A stretch of 53,572 bases of DNA from a virus (Duplodnaviria > Caudoviricetes). A program made the position numbers and the translations under genes. Of this stretch, positions 34,503-45,439 are shown piece after piece. Numbering within the stretch: the stretch's first letter is position 1; every line of letters begins with the position of its first letter. Under the pieces are notes generated by a model. It was given only the letters and a program-made list of their open reading frames with translations, did not search any database and had not been told where the DNA came from. The stretch spans positions 1-53,572 of IMG/VR virus record IMGVR_UViG_3300031705_000005, one strand, 5' to 3'.

Positions 34503-37500
34503 ATGGCAATAGATAGATTTGAAAATAAAAATATATTAACGACATCAAAAGTACCAGTTGAACACACTCAAGTGTATTCAAAGAGTGATACAATTCGAAT
34601 GGGTAAAACTACTACATCAATCCCATCGGATGATTTAGTATTTGCTAAGGTTGAGAAGCACGTTTATTCGGGTGATATTTTATTATCATCGACTGAGGAA
34701 TCTTTAAATTGGATACCATCAACTGATACTGAAACTAAATCAACTTATGATATATTAATAAACCCAGAGTATGATGTAAGGTTAGCTGATATACAAAAGG
34801 GTTATTACAGTATTGTATATAATTTTGTTGATACATTAACTGACTTCGTAGATATACATAGGATTTCATCAGACCGAACTGAAATCGAATTATCGGTAGA
34901 TGGTGGTAATTCATTTGGTGATTTATACTCAGCTATAAACCCAACCACACCATTACCTTATAAAGATGAATTGGTTTTAAATTTTGGAGAAAATGAAATA
35001 ATTCCCATAATTGGTATTGATTTTAATAATAATCCTAGAGTAGGTGAAACTGTATCAGATATACCGTATCCAAAAAGTACGGCTGAAAACGGAGTTACTA
35101 CTACATTCTACCCCATAACCAATAATGATGATAACTTTTGGATAGAAGTTAGAGATGCTGTATTATTAGATAGCCCACTTCAACGTGAATCATTTGGTCC
35201 AATGAGTAAGAGGTATATTAAAAATAAAACGGAACGTACTGCTACTGGTCGTGCTGCAAAGTTTAATCTTATAGCAGCCGGTGCTATCCCCGAATTTATG
35301 CAAGAGCATGATACGAACAATGAACCAATATATTATACACCCGGTGATATGGAAGGGCGTGATTGGGATGGTCCAACTGATGGTTATAGAACTAATCAAG
35401 CATATAAAGATACGGCTAAAGTTCGTTACTTCAATCCAACGTTAACTAACACATCTGAACTACAACGAGTTGTGGTTAAACTATATAAGCCATTAAAAGA
35501 TTCACTACATATACACCGACCATCAATAGCACGATTAGTTAGAGATTCGTATATAGAGCGATTATTAGTATATCCATTTGCAGTAGCTGAGGTGACTGAT
35601 AACTTCTCATCTCCAAACTTTAAGATAGATATGGGTAACTATGGTAAATCACAGGGTACGGATTTAAAGACATGGAATACTTTATTAGATACTAACTTAT
35701 CAACATCACAGCAGATTATAGATAAATATGTGAGTTCATCATCAGGTGGTTCAACATTAAATATCGATTATTCAAACTTTACAAACTTTGTTAATTACTC
35801 ATCGGCCGTAGAGCGAGTTAATAATTTAAAATATAAATTAGAACTAATAGAATCGTATGAGAAGAGAATTAATACACTTAACCATACATCAGGTTCTGAA
35901 GCGCTAACTAACATATCACAATCATTAAATAGAAAATCAAATGTAATAAGTGGTTTTGATGGATGGGAAAAGTGGATGTACTATGAATCGACTGGTTCGT
36001 TATATACACATTATAGTTCATCTGCATATACAATGGAGCCGTGGCCTAAATACCAAGAATACCCTAACATAAATTATAGTGTAACAGCATCACAAGCTAT
36101 AACTCATTATAATGGGTTGATTGATTCGGCTAGTATATTTGATGCATTTAATGATGCTCGTTTAACAAAAATGATTCCTGCTGCAATTGTAGAGGACCCG
36201 CAGAATAGTGATTATGTTTTATTTATTGATATGATAGGACATCATTATGATATAACTTGGAGTTATATTAACTCATTAACTACCCTTAACGAACGTGAGG
36301 AGCATCCATATGATGGTATGCCGAATGAGATGTTATATGAAGTTGCATCAAGTATGGGTTGGAAATTAACTCAAAGTAAAGACCGTTCTGAATTATGGAA
36401 TTATGGGGTGGGTACTGATAAGTTTGGTAACTACATTCAAAGTGGAAGCTTACCTACTAAATCACATGAACAGTATAATAATGAAATTTGGAGAAGGATT
36501 GTAAACAACATCCCGTATCTATTGAAATCAAAAGGTTCTGCTAGAGCAGTAAAGGCATTAATTGCAACGTATGGTATCCCACAAACATTTCTATCGATTA
36601 GAGAGTATGGTGGTCCGATGGTTGATGATGTTAGACCGATATGGGAACATGATAAGTTTGTATATCATTTAAGATTTGATACTGATAACTACATTACGGC
36701 ACCTTGGGGTAAGATAAATGATATTGACCCTGAAACGTATAATAATCGTGAACCTAATCCAATTGATACGTTGGAATTACAATTTCAACAAAATGAGTTA
36801 AGTAGAACCACATCAGTATTACATAAGGGTGATGACTTTGCAGTTACATTAGAACCATCTGGAAGTAAAGTTGGTAGAGGTAATATTCATATGTACCTTA
36901 GTGGTAGTGCTGGGTATAAATCAGCATCTATATTAGATGTACCTATCTTTGATAGACAAATGAGTACTCTATTAGTACAACGTGAAGTATCTGTAGATGA
37001 TATCACTAAAGATAATACATATAAATTACAGTACAGACGAAATCGAAAGGATGTTATTACTATATCCAAATCAGCTAGTATTGATATCGATGGTTCAACT
37101 GAATCATCATACAATGCTGCGTGGACTGGTAGTGGGGTTCTTAATATAGGTAAAGCTGTACCAGCCTCATTAATCCCACATTGGGGTTCAGCAAATACAT
37201 TAAGTGGTTCTATACAAGAGATTCGTTATTGGGCAAATCCATTAAAAGATATCGTTGTTGATGAGCATACCTTATCGAGAGAAACGTATCATGGTAACTC
37301 AGCAACCTCATCTTACTTCGATTTAAAATTTAGATTCATTCCAGATTCTCAACTTAAAAATGTAATACACTCATATGATGGTATTGTATCTCAACACCCA
37401 AATAGGAAAATAACTACATTAGAGGATGGTATCACGATACTATCAGCATCTCTTTTCAATTTTGAGCCGGATGATTTAAGAGGAGTTACTGAGGAGTACT

Positions 37501-39203
37501 ATACAAAAGTACCATCGGCTGGAGCTAACAATATTATGAATAATAAAGTTAGACTTGAAGCGAGTGAATTAACTGGGATATTAGACCCCGAACATAAAAA
37601 GGAAAAATCCAAATATGATTCAGCACCCGTTGATTCAAATCAAGTTGGTGTATATCTATCTGCTACAAAAATGTATAATGAAGATATCTACAATCATACT
37701 GGGTATTTTGAAATAGATGATTATATTGGCGACCCGGACAGACGAAAGGGATACACCGAACAGAACGAGGATTTAGACCACGTTCGTAGACAGGTATTTA
37801 AAAAATATAGTTCTAGGAATTTAATCAATACTGTAATTGATACACTATCGAAATATGACTTTTCGGTGTTTGAACAGATTAGACAAACTATGCCCGCTAG
37901 AGTTGATTACAATTCGGGTATCTTAATTGAACCACATATATTAGAACGACCTAAAGAAAAATCACAAACTAACTTAGGATACACAAATCCACAGTATAGT
38001 ACTGTTATTACGCCGGAAATGCCAATATCAAGTGTATTCATACAACATGAGGCTGTGATACCAACTCCATACAGCCAATCAGCTGATTATATATTACATG
38101 AGGGTAAAATTCTACCAGCATACAGTCAAAGTGCTGAGTATATTAATCATAACGCTAACATATCGTTAATCGATAAGGCTTATGTTATAAACGCATCAGT
38201 ACATGATTATACTTCGAGTATTAGTACAATCCCACTAAACGCAATAACATCTAATAGAGTTGATTTAGAAAGCATGGGTAACCCAATTGTTAGGTCGATG
38301 TATGACGCATCTGTATATCAATATACTATATTAACACCATCGGCTAGCGCTGATGTTGGTTATGGTATTGGGTGGAACACTGGTTCAAATGGATATTGGA
38401 ACTACAACGCTATTGCAACATCCGTTGTGGATAGTAAAAAATCAAAGTACGGTATGAAGCCTGTTTATTTCTATAGTACAGCAGCATCGGCATCGTTACG
38501 ATTGAGTAGCTCATCATCATTAGTACCATCGGATACTTCAACTGATGAATTATCATTAGCATCAGCTAATCTTAGATTCAATGGGTGTAAAATGACATCC
38601 GATTCGTTAACATCAAATTCACCGGATACCCCGGATGGGCGTGGTGTAATTGAATTATTCACAGCAGACCCTAGTGTATTAATTTACACATCACAGACTG
38701 GTGATAAGGGTAATTTAAATGTGGATTCTAAAACAAATATATCTACAGTAGATTTAAAAGAACTGTATGTATGGAAATATATTGTATATGAGCTTAGAAA
38801 GGAGTATGATATTGAAGTAAGAGCATTTAGACGTAAATTGGCAAAGCTAATAGAAATTGAAAATGCTAGACATGATGAATTTTTAGTTCGAATTAAAAAA
38901 GAACAGTTTAGAGGTGATAAAGAAGAACGAAGGCGAGCTGAATTTGATATAATCAATAAACCACAATTCACAGGTGGGGTAAAACCACTTCCAATGAGTG
39001 AGGATATATTAACTACAGAGGATGAAATGAATATATCCATAGAGAATGATAAAATGCGTGATGCTAATGATCGTGGTTTAAATCCCGATGATATCAGAAC
39101 CGTTAAGCGTGATACGTTTAATCATAGTGTAAGGAATTCTCGCCGAACTGATGGTAGAAAAGAAAATGATGATAGTGATAACCACAAACCACTTAGTAGA
39201 TAA
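34503..39203 (+). CDS. large virion/baseplate structural protein
   Basis: 1566 aa; F..MIGHH.D..W, NNIPYLLKSKGS.R.V.ALI..YG.P baseplate-wedge-like segment. Confidence 0.7.
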   Translation: MAIDRFENKNILTTSKVPVEHTQVYSKSDTIRMGKTTTSIPSDDLVFAKVEKHVYSGDILLSSTEESLNWIPSTDTETKSTYDILINPEYDVRLADIQKGYYSIVYNFVDTLTDFVDIHRISSDRTEIELSVDGGNSFGDLYSAINPTTPLPYKDELVLNFGENEIIPIIGIDFNNNPRVGETVSDIPYPKSTAENGVTTTFYPITNNDDNFWIEVRDAVLLDSPLQRESFGPMSKRYIKNKTERTATGRAAKFNLIAAGAIPEFMQEHDTNNEPIYYTPGDMEGRDWDGPTDGYRTNQAYKDTAKVRYFNPTLTNTSELQRVVVKLYKPLKDSLHIHRPSIARLVRDSYIERLLVYPFAVAEVTDNFSSPNFKIDMGNYGKSQGTDLKTWNTLLDTNLSTSQQIIDKYVSSSSGGSTLNIDYSNFTNFVNYSSAVERVNNLKYKLELIESYEKRINTLNHTSGSEALTNISQSLNRKSNVISGFDGWEKWMYYESTGSLYTHYSSSAYTMEPWPKYQEYPNINYSVTASQAITHYNGLIDSASIFDAFNDARLTKMIPAAIVEDPQNSDYVLFIDMIGHHYDITWSYINSLTTLNEREEHPYDGMPNEMLYEVASSMGWKLTQSKDRSELWNYGVGTDKFGNYIQSGSLPTKSHEQYNNEIWRRIVNNIPYLLKSKGSARAVKALIATYGIPQTFLSIREYGGPMVDDVRPIWEHDKFVYHLRFDTDNYITAPWGKINDIDPETYNNREPNPIDTLELQFQQNELSRTTSVLHKGDDFAVTLEPSGSKVGRGNIHMYLSGSAGYKSASILDVPIFDRQMSTLLVQREVSVDDITKDNTYKLQYRRNRKDVITISKSASIDIDGSTESSYNAAWTGSGVLNIGKAVPASLIPHWGSANTLSGSIQEIRYWANPLKDIVVDEHTLSRETYHGNSATSSYFDLKFRFIPDSQLKNVIHSYDGIVSQHPNRKITTLEDGITILSASLFNFEPDDLRGVTEEYYTKVPSAGANNIMNNKVRLEASELTGILDPEHKKEKSKYDSAPVDSNQVGVYLSATKMYNEDIYNHTGYFEIDDYIGDPDRRKGYTEQNEDLDHVRRQVFKKYSSRNLINTVIDTLSKYDFSVFEQIRQTMPARVDYNSGILIEPHILERPKEKSQTNLGYTNPQYSTVITPEMPISSVFIQHEAVIPTPYSQSADYILHEGKILPAYSQSAEYINHNANISLIDKAYVINASVHDYTSSISTIPLNAITSNRVDLESMGNPIVRSMYDASVYQYTILTPSASADVGYGIGWNTGSNGYWNYNAIATSVVDSKKSKYGMKPVYFYSTAASASLRLSSSSSLVPSDTSTDELSLASANLRFNGCKMTSDSLTSNSPDTPDGRGVIELFTADPSVLIYTSQTGDKGNLNVDSKTNISTVDLKELYVWKYIVYELRKEYDIEVRAFRRKLAKLIEIENARHDEFLVRIKKEQFRGDKEERRRAEFDIINKPQFTGGVKPLPMSEDILTTEDEMNISIENDKMRDANDRGLNPDDIRTVKRDTFNHSVRNSRRTDGRKENDDSDNHKPLSR

Positions 39204-39215
39204 TAATTATTTCCA

Positions 39216-39223
39216 ATATTTAT
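39216..39223 (+). promoter_or_regulatory. Candidate late promoter ATATTTAT
   Basis: Intergenic, 4 nt before ATG 39228. Confidence 0.45.
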
Positions 39224-39227
39224 AGAT

Positions 39228-40433
39228 ATGGCAAGAAGCAATAGTAGAGGTAATGGCAGAATTAGTAGTAACTCACGTAATAAGCGTAATGTTACTACTA
39301 AACAGAGTGCTGTAGTTAATGATAATATCAGTTTGGTTAAACCACAACGTGATGTTGTAACTGAGTATTTAGAAGAAGCATATTCAAAGCCTTTAATTAA
39401 AATTAAAAACGAACATCAAACTGAGGATATTAAATTAGCTGATATTATAAAACCAGCCGAACCTATAGTGGATACTGGTATTGTAATTAAAGACAATATA
39501 ATAGTGGATGATTCGGATAAAACCAAGTTAGATGATTTAATCAAAATATTATCAACTGAGGTAACGCCAGACCCATCACCACCAAAGGTTATTCGTGTAT
39601 TTGGTTATTCTGATGAAGAAGCTGAACGTATCTTTAAGGAAGAGGAAAAGCGAAGGTTAATAGAGGCTGAACGTAAGTTGGACTATGAGAGAGCTATTAC
39701 TGATGAAAATGTACGACATTCTTTATTTTTAGAGAAAATCGAACTAATGCAGTTAGAATTCAATATACACCTTCAGAAAACATACCCATGGTTTGTGGCT
39801 GAGCGTACTATTAAAACTATCGATATTGATAGGAAGGTAGAAGAAGTAGAAAAGCGAAAGAAGGAAAATAAGGCTCAGCAAATTATAATTCAAAAATTAA
39901 AGATTGAACGATTGGCTAATGAGAAGAAGCGAAAGCAGAAAGAGTTGGGGTTACAATTAAATAAATTAGATGAGAATGAAATTCAATCTTTTTTCGAAGA
40001 GGATATACTTATAGAACATAGAGTAAAACATGCTGAGAATGAAGAGTTAGATGGCCTTACTAAAGTTGAGAGGTCAATCAAAGAAATGAAGGAAATGGAA
40101 CTACGATTGGGTCGACCTATAATTCCACATAGGGATATAGTTGAGAGTGATGAATCCGATTTCGATGTGAATTCAATAACAACTTCAGATGATATACTTA
40201 TACGACCTTCTAATAGAATTGAGTTAGCAAATGATGATATCAAAAAGGAGCTCATATTTACGGATTTAAGGGAACGGTTGAATGCTAATAACACCGAATC
40301 TGATTACATTTTACTAAAAGAAAGTGGTGTATCGGTTAGAGAGCTTGAGATGATGAAAGTTCAATTAACATCCGATGAAGTTCAATTACAATTAATGGAA
40401 CGAGCTGGTGTATCGATGGATAGGCTTAGCTGA
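39228..40433 (+). CDS. charged coiled-coil hypothetical protein
   Basis: 401 aa, Arg/Ser/Asn-rich N-terminus, E/K/R-rich helices. Confidence 0.7.
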   Translation: MARSNSRGNGRISSNSRNKRNVTTKQSAVVNDNISLVKPQRDVVTEYLEEAYSKPLIKIKNEHQTEDIKLADIIKPAEPIVDTGIVIKDNIIVDDSDKTKLDDLIKILSTEVTPDPSPPKVIRVFGYSDEEAERIFKEEEKRRLIEAERKLDYERAITDENVRHSLFLEKIELMQLEFNIHLQKTYPWFVAERTIKTIDIDRKVEEVEKRKKENKAQQIIIQKLKIERLANEKKRKQKELGLQLNKLDENEIQSFFEEDILIEHRVKHAENEELDGLTKVERSIKEMKEMELRLGRPIIPHRDIVESDESDFDVNSITTSDDILIRPSNRIELANDDIKKELIFTDLRERLNANNTESDYILLKESGVSVRELEMMKVQLTSDEVQLQLMERAGVSMDRLS

Positions 40434-40553
40434 TTATTACATAGGTAATGGTAAAATAATTAAGATTTATATTAAATACAACACAAACTAAAAAAGTTTT
40501 TATCTTTAAAGGAAGGTAAATTCTAAAAAATTAACTTAAAAAGATTTATTCTC

Positions 40554-40561
40554 ATATTTAT
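40554..40561 (+). promoter_or_regulatory. Candidate late promoter ATATTTAT
   Basis: Intergenic, 34 nt before ATG 40596. Confidence 0.5.
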
Positions 40562-40595
40562 TATTAGAATAAAATTGTAAACAGAGAAACACATT

Positions 40596-41258
40596 ATGGG
40601 ATATTTAGACAATTCATCGATAACAGTAGACGCAATTCTAACCAAAAAGGGTAGAGAGTTACTGGCAAAAGGTAGGGATTATTTTGTAATTAGTCAATTT
40701 GGATTGGCTGATGATGAGGTAGACTACGAACTATGGAATCCAGCACATCCGCTAGGTTCTGATTACTATGGTATAATCATAGAGAATATGCCGGTGGTAG
40801 AATCTGTTACTGATGAGAACTACTCATTAAGATACAAGCTATTAACATTACCGAAAAATACAATCCGTATTCCAATTCTACAAACGAATCCAGGAACACT
40901 TAAATTAGAAGAAGGTGGTAGACGTCAAATCGTTACTATTGAAACTAAAAACGGTGGGAATGAATCATTAGGATATACTGTTACATTATTAAACTCAGAT
41001 GCAGCAACACTTATTGGTGATGGTGCTGGAATTGGGCCGAATGAAGATTCAGTTGGTTCAAATGAAGATAGAAGAAGTGTAACTGTTAGTACAAGTGCAA
41101 CGTTTACAATACTTTCTAAAGTATTAGCAGATAACACAGATATCCAAACTAAGATATTCGTAGTAGGAAATGAAACAGGTGGTCGTTCGGAAATAGAATT
41201 GACTGTAACAAATAACCCAGATATATCGGTAGGTAATACAATCGATTCAACATTATAG
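40596..41258 (+). CDS. virion structural protein (baseplate/tail)
   Basis: MGYLDN....VDAILTKKGRELLA, F.LADDEVDY. Confidence 0.7.
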   Translation: MGYLDNSSITVDAILTKKGRELLAKGRDYFVISQFGLADDEVDYELWNPAHPLGSDYYGIIIENMPVVESVTDENYSLRYKLLTLPKNTIRIPILQTNPGTLKLEEGGRRQIVTIETKNGGNESLGYTVTLLNSDAATLIGDGAGIGPNEDSVGSNEDRRSVTVSTSATFTILSKVLADNTDIQTKIFVVGNETGGRSEIELTVTNNPDISVGNTIDSTL

Positions 41259-41280
41259 AAAATATTAAAAGGAAATAGAT

Positions 41281-42363
41281 ATGGCAGTTTTACCAGCAGG
41301 TTCGTTTAATACATCAAAAAGAGTTTACACAGCATTCAAAGTGGGTGATGTAGTAGAAGGTGGTGTAGAGAAAGTAACAAGAGGTTTATGGAGTGGTAAC
41401 GTTGGTACGTTAACTACATTTCATACATCATCAGCACAATCATCAACTCAAAAACAATACTATTATGAAGTTTTTGATGGAATTTCAACAGATTCTACAT
41501 CTGAAGCACAGTTCTCAGTAACATACGGGCATAACGCTGGTAGTGGTTCATTAGGATTGAATGAAGATTCACCATCAAACGCAATATATTCACAATACGC
41601 TCAAATATTACTTCCTGATAATCAGAGAGTATTTAAATTTAAAAACATAGCATCACAACACATTTACGCTATAAATATTAACAGAGCGAGATTAAAGGAT
41701 AGATTAGATCCTGGTAACTTCCAATTGAATTTGGCAAAGTTAAGTGATACTACTGTAAACAGTTCAAACACTGGTTCGAACGTTTCACCTCACGCATCTA
41801 ATACAATCACATCATTAATTGATGATTCAGCTGATACACAACAAGCATCAACACAGATTGGTAGACACTACAACTTAGTATCGGGTTCTATTTTAAATGG
41901 GGTTCACTCAGCATCTCCTGTATATGGAACTGTATTCCCAGAGCAGGGTGTTATTATATTAAACGCTGATGCAATGAATAAGGAGAATTTAAACTTCGGT
42001 GCTGTGACTGGTTCAAACATTAACGGTGATAATCATATGAAAGTACTAACCTCAATCAGCCATTCGGCTACAGTTGATGTTAATTTAGGATTTGCTGCAA
42101 GAAATGAAGAGAGAGTTCAATCTACTTATTATTTCGTAAGAGCTAAAAATGGTGAATATAACTTTTCAAATAACCCATCATTTGTAACTGGTTCTAATGG
42201 TTCATTTAAACAACCAACATTCGCAAACAATCCAAAAACATATATAACAACAGTTGGTTTATACAACAGTAATCAGGAACTTTTAGGAGTTGCTAAATTA
42301 TCTAAACCAATTTTAAAATCATTCGCAAACGAAGTATTAGTTAAAGTTAAATTAGATTTTTAA
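41281..42363 (+). CDS. virion structural protein (tail-collar-like C-terminus)
   Basis: C-terminal NPS...P.TYITTVGLYN...ELL.VAKLSKP...VKLDF; paralogous to the next gene. Confidence 0.7.
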   Translation: MAVLPAGSFNTSKRVYTAFKVGDVVEGGVEKVTRGLWSGNVGTLTTFHTSSAQSSTQKQYYYEVFDGISTDSTSEAQFSVTYGHNAGSGSLGLNEDSPSNAIYSQYAQILLPDNQRVFKFKNIASQHIYAININRARLKDRLDPGNFQLNLAKLSDTTVNSSNTGSNVSPHASNTITSLIDDSADTQQASTQIGRHYNLVSGSILNGVHSASPVYGTVFPEQGVIILNADAMNKENLNFGAVTGSNINGDNHMKVLTSISHSATVDVNLGFAARNEERVQSTYYFVRAKNGEYNFSNNPSFVTGSNGSFKQPTFANNPKTYITTVGLYNSNQELLGVAKLSKPILKSFANEVLVKVKLDF

Positions 42364-42381
42364 GAATTACAATGATTTCAA

Positions 42382-44238
42382 ATGGCCGAAGCACTAAAAC
42401 CAATAAATGGGGGTGGGTTACAACTCACTCCCTTTAACACCCATAAACGATGGATTGTTACTGATGTTAATTTTCGAACAGATTATCATCAGATATCTGT
42501 CCTAAAGGGTGTATCTCCTGGATTTAATGAGAAGATAAACGTTTCAGAATCAGTACACTTACCTGCATATAGGGAAGTTGACCAGCAGGATAATACATTA
42601 TCCAACTCTACTTCATTTTTACAATCAAAACATCAAAAGGTAATTTACTCTGGATTAAATCAGATGTTCTTTAAGCATAGAACAAATTCCGAAAGGGATT
42701 TATATGCATCGGCATCTATATTTTCAATTCCCCATAATAGAATGGGTGATGGTGTAAAACCTGGAAGTGTATCCATTACGGATTATAGTATTAGTTCATC
42801 ACTTTTAGATGAATTAAATATCATTGATGTTAAATTGGATGAATACCATGGATACCTTACTGATACTAATCTAAACACCAGCTCATATGTAGCATTTGGT
42901 GATTTAATTGGATATTGGGGATTCAATGATGAGGTTGTTTCTAGGAACGCTAATACTGATTCGGTTATACAAGATAGAAGTGGTCATTCAAATCACGCAT
43001 CCGGAAAGAGTTTATGGTACAATGATGGAATTTTAACAACTGGTCAGGAGCAAACTCCGACTGGAACTAAAGTAACATTTAATGGCTCGGACTCGTATAT
43101 TAGAGTAGACCATAATAAACAGTTAGATTTCTTCAAATCTAGCGATTACGCCATTTCATTATGGACGATATTACCAACATCACAATCAGATACTACATCT
43201 AACTATAATTCTATTATAAGTAAGAATGGTACTGAGAAAGATTATGGTATGACTAAAAAGGGCACGAATATACTACGACGTAGAAATATCGAAAGTCCTA
43301 TATTCCCATTCGATTTAAAAGTTGTTAACCAAAACGGTGAAGCTGATAATGGTAAAATTGTAGCATCTATTTCAGATGGAATCAAAACCGTTGAAGCTAT
43401 ATCAACTACCCAAGTAAACGATACAGCACAACATCATATTGTTTTTAATAAAACCGGCTCTCTTTTAGAGTTATATATTGATGGTGTTAAGGAAGTATCT
43501 TCTTCGGTAAATTTAAAAGAGCAAACATCAAATACATATGATATGTTATTTGGCTCAAAGTTCACATCAGATAAAGACTGGGATAAGAAATCAAACTTCA
43601 ATTCATTAAGCGGCTCATTAGATGAGATTCGTATATATAGAAAGGGGTTAACTCAAACTCAAATATCAAGCCTATCGAATAACGATTACGTTACAGGCTC
43701 AGCATACCAATCAAATGTTATAGGTGAAGTATTCTATAAACATGGTATTATGGTCGTATCAGACCCAAGACCAATATATAAAAACGTATGGGTAGGTGAT
43801 GATAATTGGGAATACGGTTCTAATAATGGATTTGTTACTAAATATAAATCATCAAAGCAACTACATGAAATCGCATTATTATGTGAGATTGGTGCTAATG
43901 AATTTAACGTATCACAAAATCCATCATTAAAAAAGAATAACGATATAAATAGTGAATTTCTACAACCATTCGTAACAGGTTCAGATTTCGCACCATATAT
44001 TACAACAATTGGGTTATATAATCCAAATGGTGATTTAATAGCAATTAGTAAATTAGCATCTCCTATCAAAAATAGAGGTGATGTTGATATTACAATCAAA
44101 GTACGATTAGATTTAGATGGACCATTCGGAACACCTAATACTGGTTCATTACAACCAAATACTAACACTACTGTTTATAAGAGAACTGATGGTAAGTTTG
44201 TTTGGAACAAATTAGATAAGCCGGATATAGGCGTTTAA
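42382..44238 (+). CDS. virion protein with LamG/concanavalin-like domain
   Basis: YW.FND, FNGSDSY, HHIV, LYIDG, GSLDEIRIY; shares PYITTIGLYN..AISKL C-terminus with 41281. Confidence 0.78.
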   Translation: MAEALKPINGGGLQLTPFNTHKRWIVTDVNFRTDYHQISVLKGVSPGFNEKINVSESVHLPAYREVDQQDNTLSNSTSFLQSKHQKVIYSGLNQMFFKHRTNSERDLYASASIFSIPHNRMGDGVKPGSVSITDYSISSSLLDELNIIDVKLDEYHGYLTDTNLNTSSYVAFGDLIGYWGFNDEVVSRNANTDSVIQDRSGHSNHASGKSLWYNDGILTTGQEQTPTGTKVTFNGSDSYIRVDHNKQLDFFKSSDYAISLWTILPTSQSDTTSNYNSIISKNGTEKDYGMTKKGTNILRRRNIESPIFPFDLKVVNQNGEADNGKIVASISDGIKTVEAISTTQVNDTAQHHIVFNKTGSLLELYIDGVKEVSSSVNLKEQTSNTYDMLFGSKFTSDKDWDKKSNFNSLSGSLDEIRIYRKGLTQTQISSLSNNDYVTGSAYQSNVIGEVFYKHGIMVVSDPRPIYKNVWVGDDNWEYGSNNGFVTKYKSSKQLHEIALLCEIGANEFNVSQNPSLKKNNDINSEFLQPFVTGSDFAPYITTIGLYNPNGDLIAISKLASPIKNRGDVDITIKVRLDLDGPFGTPNTGSLQPNTNTTVYKRTDGKFVWNKLDKPDIGV

Positions 44239-44253
44239 ATAAAATAGTTATAA

Positions 44254-44679
44254 ATGACAGTAGGGAAATATTTACAAAAAATCAAAGATGTCTTAGTCTA
44301 TTTTGACTTTGAACCTCTTTTATTCATGTGGGTAGCTAGTGATATTCTAAATAATATGGTTCTGTGGACAACATACTCATATTGGGAAGATTTAGGACAA
44401 CCGAATACATACTGGTTATACTTTACTTATCTGATAGGCAGTTTAGGTATGTTGGTATTTTTACATAACAAAAAATGGTTAGCAAGATTCATATCATTTT
44501 ATTTAATAATTTACCTATTCTCTACAATCAGATACTTAGTAAATATATTTGGTGCAGACGGAGAGGCTTTTACTGTTCTTGATGCTAAGAATATTCTTAT
44601 TACATGTTGGTATGCTTCTATGTGGGTATGGGTATTATTTAAAGTAAAAAAAGAAATATTACATAAATCGCTATTATGA
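44254..44679 (+). CDS. multi-pass membrane protein
   Basis: 141 aa, about four hydrophobic helices. Confidence 0.7.
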   Translation: MTVGKYLQKIKDVLVYFDFEPLLFMWVASDILNNMVLWTTYSYWEDLGQPNTYWLYFTYLIGSLGMLVFLHNKKWLARFISFYLIIYLFSTIRYLVNIFGADGEAFTVLDAKNILITCWYASMWVWVLFKVKKEILHKSLL

Positions 44680-44966
44680 GTGAAAATTTAACTACAATTA
44701 TAATTACAGCAATATCTGTTATCTTCGGGGCAGGTGGTTGGAAGTTCTATGAATTTTTGATTCGTAATAGACGCGAGACTGCAAAAGAGGCTAAATCCGA
44801 ACAAACTATTTATAGAGATGATTTAATCTCAAGAGTAGAACGCTTGGAAACGGATAAAGATAATTGTACTGATGTACTTATGGAAGTACGAGCCGAAGCA
44901 GCTGCCCTATCGGTAAAAGTAGAGTTTTTAGAACGAGAACTTGATAGGATAAAGTACAAACACTAA
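44676..44966 (+). CDS. single-TM coiled-coil protein (holin-like candidate)
   Basis: N-terminal TM ending GAGGWKFY, then a coiled coil. Confidence 0.6.
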   Translation: MSENLTTIIITAISVIFGAGGWKFYEFLIRNRRETAKEAKSEQTIYRDDLISRVERLETDKDNCTDVLMEVRAEAAALSVKVEFLERELDRIKYKH

Positions 44967-44986
44967 TTAATAAAACAAAATAAGTT

Positions 44987-45409
44987 ATGGCAAAAGGTAA
45001 TTGGAGCCACATTCAAAAATCAAAAGGCCACAAAAGTGGACTTGAGACACGAATCAATGAGCAACTTTCAGCTCAAGGGATTGATGGTGAATACGAACAA
45101 CACGATATAAAATATATCATACCACAAACAAATCATACTTATAAGCCTGATTTTAGATTACCAAATGGTATCTTTATAGAATCAAAGGGGTGGTTTCTCC
45201 CAGAGGATAGGAAGAAGCATTTACTTATCAAAGAACAGAATCCTGATATTGATTTAAGGTTTGTTTTACAATCACCCAATGGTAAGATATATAAGGGTTC
45301 AAAAACCACATATTCCCAATGGTGTGATAAGCACAAAATCAAGTGGGCCGCTAAGGTGATACCCCAAGAATGGATAGACGAAAAAGAAAATGTGAATTTC
45401 TTTGGATAA
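44987..45409 (+). CDS. T7 endonuclease I-like Holliday junction resolvase
   Basis: SGLE, Y.PDF.LPNGI.IESKG.F, DRKKHLLIKEQ.P..DLRFV, KGSKTTY..WC. Confidence 0.93.
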   Translation: MAKGNWSHIQKSKGHKSGLETRINEQLSAQGIDGEYEQHDIKYIIPQTNHTYKPDFRLPNGIFIESKGWFLPEDRKKHLLIKEQNPDIDLRFVLQSPNGKIYKGSKTTYSQWCDKHKIKWAAKVIPQEWIDEKENVNFFG

Positions 45410-45432
45410 CTCAATTATTATTCGTATATTTG
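45401..45432 (+). promoter_or_regulatory. Promoter of primase/SbcDC genes
   Basis: TTTGG-N19-TATATTTG, 7 nt before ATG 45440. Confidence 0.8.
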
Positions 45433-45439
45433 TTCTCAT

